Assembly: GCA_000708835.1 (NCBI GenBank)
Contig: DF237136.1
Coordinates: 38,928-102,927, forward strand
Length of the DNA stretch: 64,000 nt
Reading direction: 5' to 3'
Source: Klebsormidium nitens
Taxonomy: Eukaryota; Plantae; Klebsormidiophyceae
The notes beneath the pieces are model-generated. The model was not told the origin of the DNA. It did no database searches and saw only the letters and a program-made list of their open reading frames with translations. Positions 62,208-64,000 of this stretch are shown here, piece after piece (the first letter of the stretch is position 1; the number at the start of each line of letters is the position of its first letter). Made by a program: the position numbers and the translations under genes.

Positions 62208-64000
62208 TCATCGTTGACTAAGTGGAGCGGCAGTGAAGATGGCAGCCGGACTTCCGGGGGTGGCGGCAGCGACCCGTGCCTTTTCTTGAGGCGTGACGGA
62301 CGACAGAACACTCTCGTCGGAGGCGGGATAGAAGTACACCTCCTCCAGGCCGACAGTTCGCTGCAGCCACGCAGGCAGGGACGTCAACTCTGCAACTCGT
62401 CGAAAGCAGCCAGGGGGATCATTGTACGGAACGTTCCTGAAGTCGCCGGTGATATCAGCCGATGTATTGAGATGGCAACCAAGACCCTTTGGAAACACTC
62501 CTGCTGCCAGTCAGAATGCAAACTGTGACGTTAACATGACGTCATGCAAATTGTTCAGCTATCGTAATGCCAATCCCAATCAATTAGAACGTTTGTGGTT
62601 TGCTAGCAGCAACCAGGGTCTTCATCCGACAAAAAGCTGTCAGAACAATGGGAGCCCTCCCATCCTGCAAGAATGAGCCTGCAACAAGGCGCCCGGGCAG
62701 GAGTTGGCTTTGGCGGCGGTCACCTTGATGAGCTCCTGGTTGTCCTGCAGCACGGCGGCCTCGTCGAAGGGCAGCTTGGACTCGAGCACCTGCGGCCCGA
62801 TGCGCACCGCCTCGGCCTGCTTGAACTTGAGGAACGGCATGCACTGCTTCATCACCGCCTTGAAGTCCGCGCGCTGCCCCACCTCGCTGCCCTTCACGGC
62901 CGCCATCAGCTCGGCGTCGCCCGGGAACGTCTTGCTGCCCGGGTCGAACTTGGAGGCCAGGATGGTCAGGCACGTCTCCTGCAGCGGAAAGGGAAACTGA
63001 GGCTCGGGACACCTCTCAAAGCAGCGAGCCGACTCGTGGTGCCCATACGTGATAGACGGCCGTGACAGACAACAAAAGAGGCGGCTCGCTCCTCGGTCGA
63101 ATCAGCTTGTGCAATGAGAGGTGATGCCCGTTTTCATTCGGCGTGGCCTCTTTAGCACAAAGCGGTTGCCCGAAGCGTTCGCAGCAGCCGTGCATACAGC
63201 AGTGGCTCAGAGGCCGCTGGAGTCTGATCAATGACGCACCTGCCAGCCACCAAACTTCTCGGCGATGAAGATGCTCCCCACAGTGAACTTCACCGGGGCT
63301 GCCGGGGGCTCGGCCCCCTTCTTGGGCGCCTTTTTGGGCGGCGCGAGGTGCTTGGCGAGCAGCTTGCGCAGGTCGACAATGACCTCCTGCAGGTACGCGT
63401 TGGCTCGCTGCAGCGTCACGTCCGGCGGGGACGCCGCGGGCCAGCCCGCCACCAGCACCGACCCGGGCTTGTGGAGGAGCGTGCGCCACACGTGGTCCGC
63501 AAAGTGGGGGCAGAACTGGGCACGAGCAATACAGAACGGGTGAGCGGAATAGAGGACAAACAAGGAACGTTGGCGTCTTCGAAGGCCGTGCATCATTTAC
63601 ACGGGCGACTTGGTGTCTTCACTCGGGTTCAAATAACAGCTACACTCGCACCGTAACGAAGCTGCGTAGGCGATGTCTGGAGAATGCAGAGCCAACGATC
63701 TCTCAGCGAGAACATATTCCAGTATGCACGCTAATTCAGGGGTAGTCCGCGTCGTTCTGCTGACTACAAGGCTGTGCACAGTGACTGCCGTTCTCCTGGA
63801 GCGTCCGCTACTTACTGGGGTGATGAGCAGGGTCTGCATCTCGATGAAGCGCCGCGCGAGGTCGGCGTGCATGCCGGCGGCCCCGCAGCTGACGCGGTAC
63901 TCGTCGCGCGCGTTCTGCGGGTCGTACCAGCCAGACTTGAGCGCCTCCCGGAACATGAGCGCCTCGTAGTGCCGCTCCGTCTCGGTGACCGCCACGTCCA
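62208..64000 (-). CDS. LARS1: Cytosolic leucyl-tRNA synthetase, C-terminal part (continues beyond the window)
   Basis: MFREALKSGWYDPQNARDEYRVSCG; CPHFADHVW; AGWP..PDVTLQRANAYLQ; CMPFLKFKQ; LPFDEAAVLQDNQELI; GLEEV..PGSPAAIF. Stop at 62208. Confidence 0.95.

Noticed and set aside
1-64000. CRISPR arrays, prokaryotic operons, autonomous transposase or retrotransposon ORFs, complete tRNA genes
   Set aside because: None seen; the sequence is spliceosomal-intron-rich eukaryotic DNA with only non-autonomous elements.

Overview
Gene-dense, intron-rich eukaryotic nuclear DNA, most likely from a streptophyte (charophyte, Klebsormidium-like) green alga. This is an inference from the mix of land-plant-type genes (CBL, CIPK, NPSN) with a flagellar gene (SPATA17) and GC3-rich exons. 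By manually splicing exons I reconstructed 13 protein genes: a Raf-like STY kinase (-), SPATA17-like IQ protein (+), SLC19-family thiamine/folate carrier (-), MTP7/ZnT9 zinc transporter (-), MAP1A (+), DCN1-like protein (-), aminopeptidase N (+), PPPDE/DeSI peptidase (-), CBL (+), CIPK (-), a conserved plant protein of unknown function (+), NPSN SNARE (-) and the 3' part of cytosolic LeuRS (-). There is also a solitary 5S rRNA gene, one 274-bp TA-flanked MITE, two diverged copies of a second ~600-bp TA-flanked MITE family in unrelated introns, a telo-box cluster and a 123-bp assembly gap. Most notable: a cognate CBL calcium sensor and CIPK kinase lie tail-to-tail 1.3 kb apart; an animal-type SLC19 vitamin carrier is present; the 5S gene is dispersed; and strand alternates strictly over 12 consecutive genes. 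All exon boundaries were read by eye, with no database searches.
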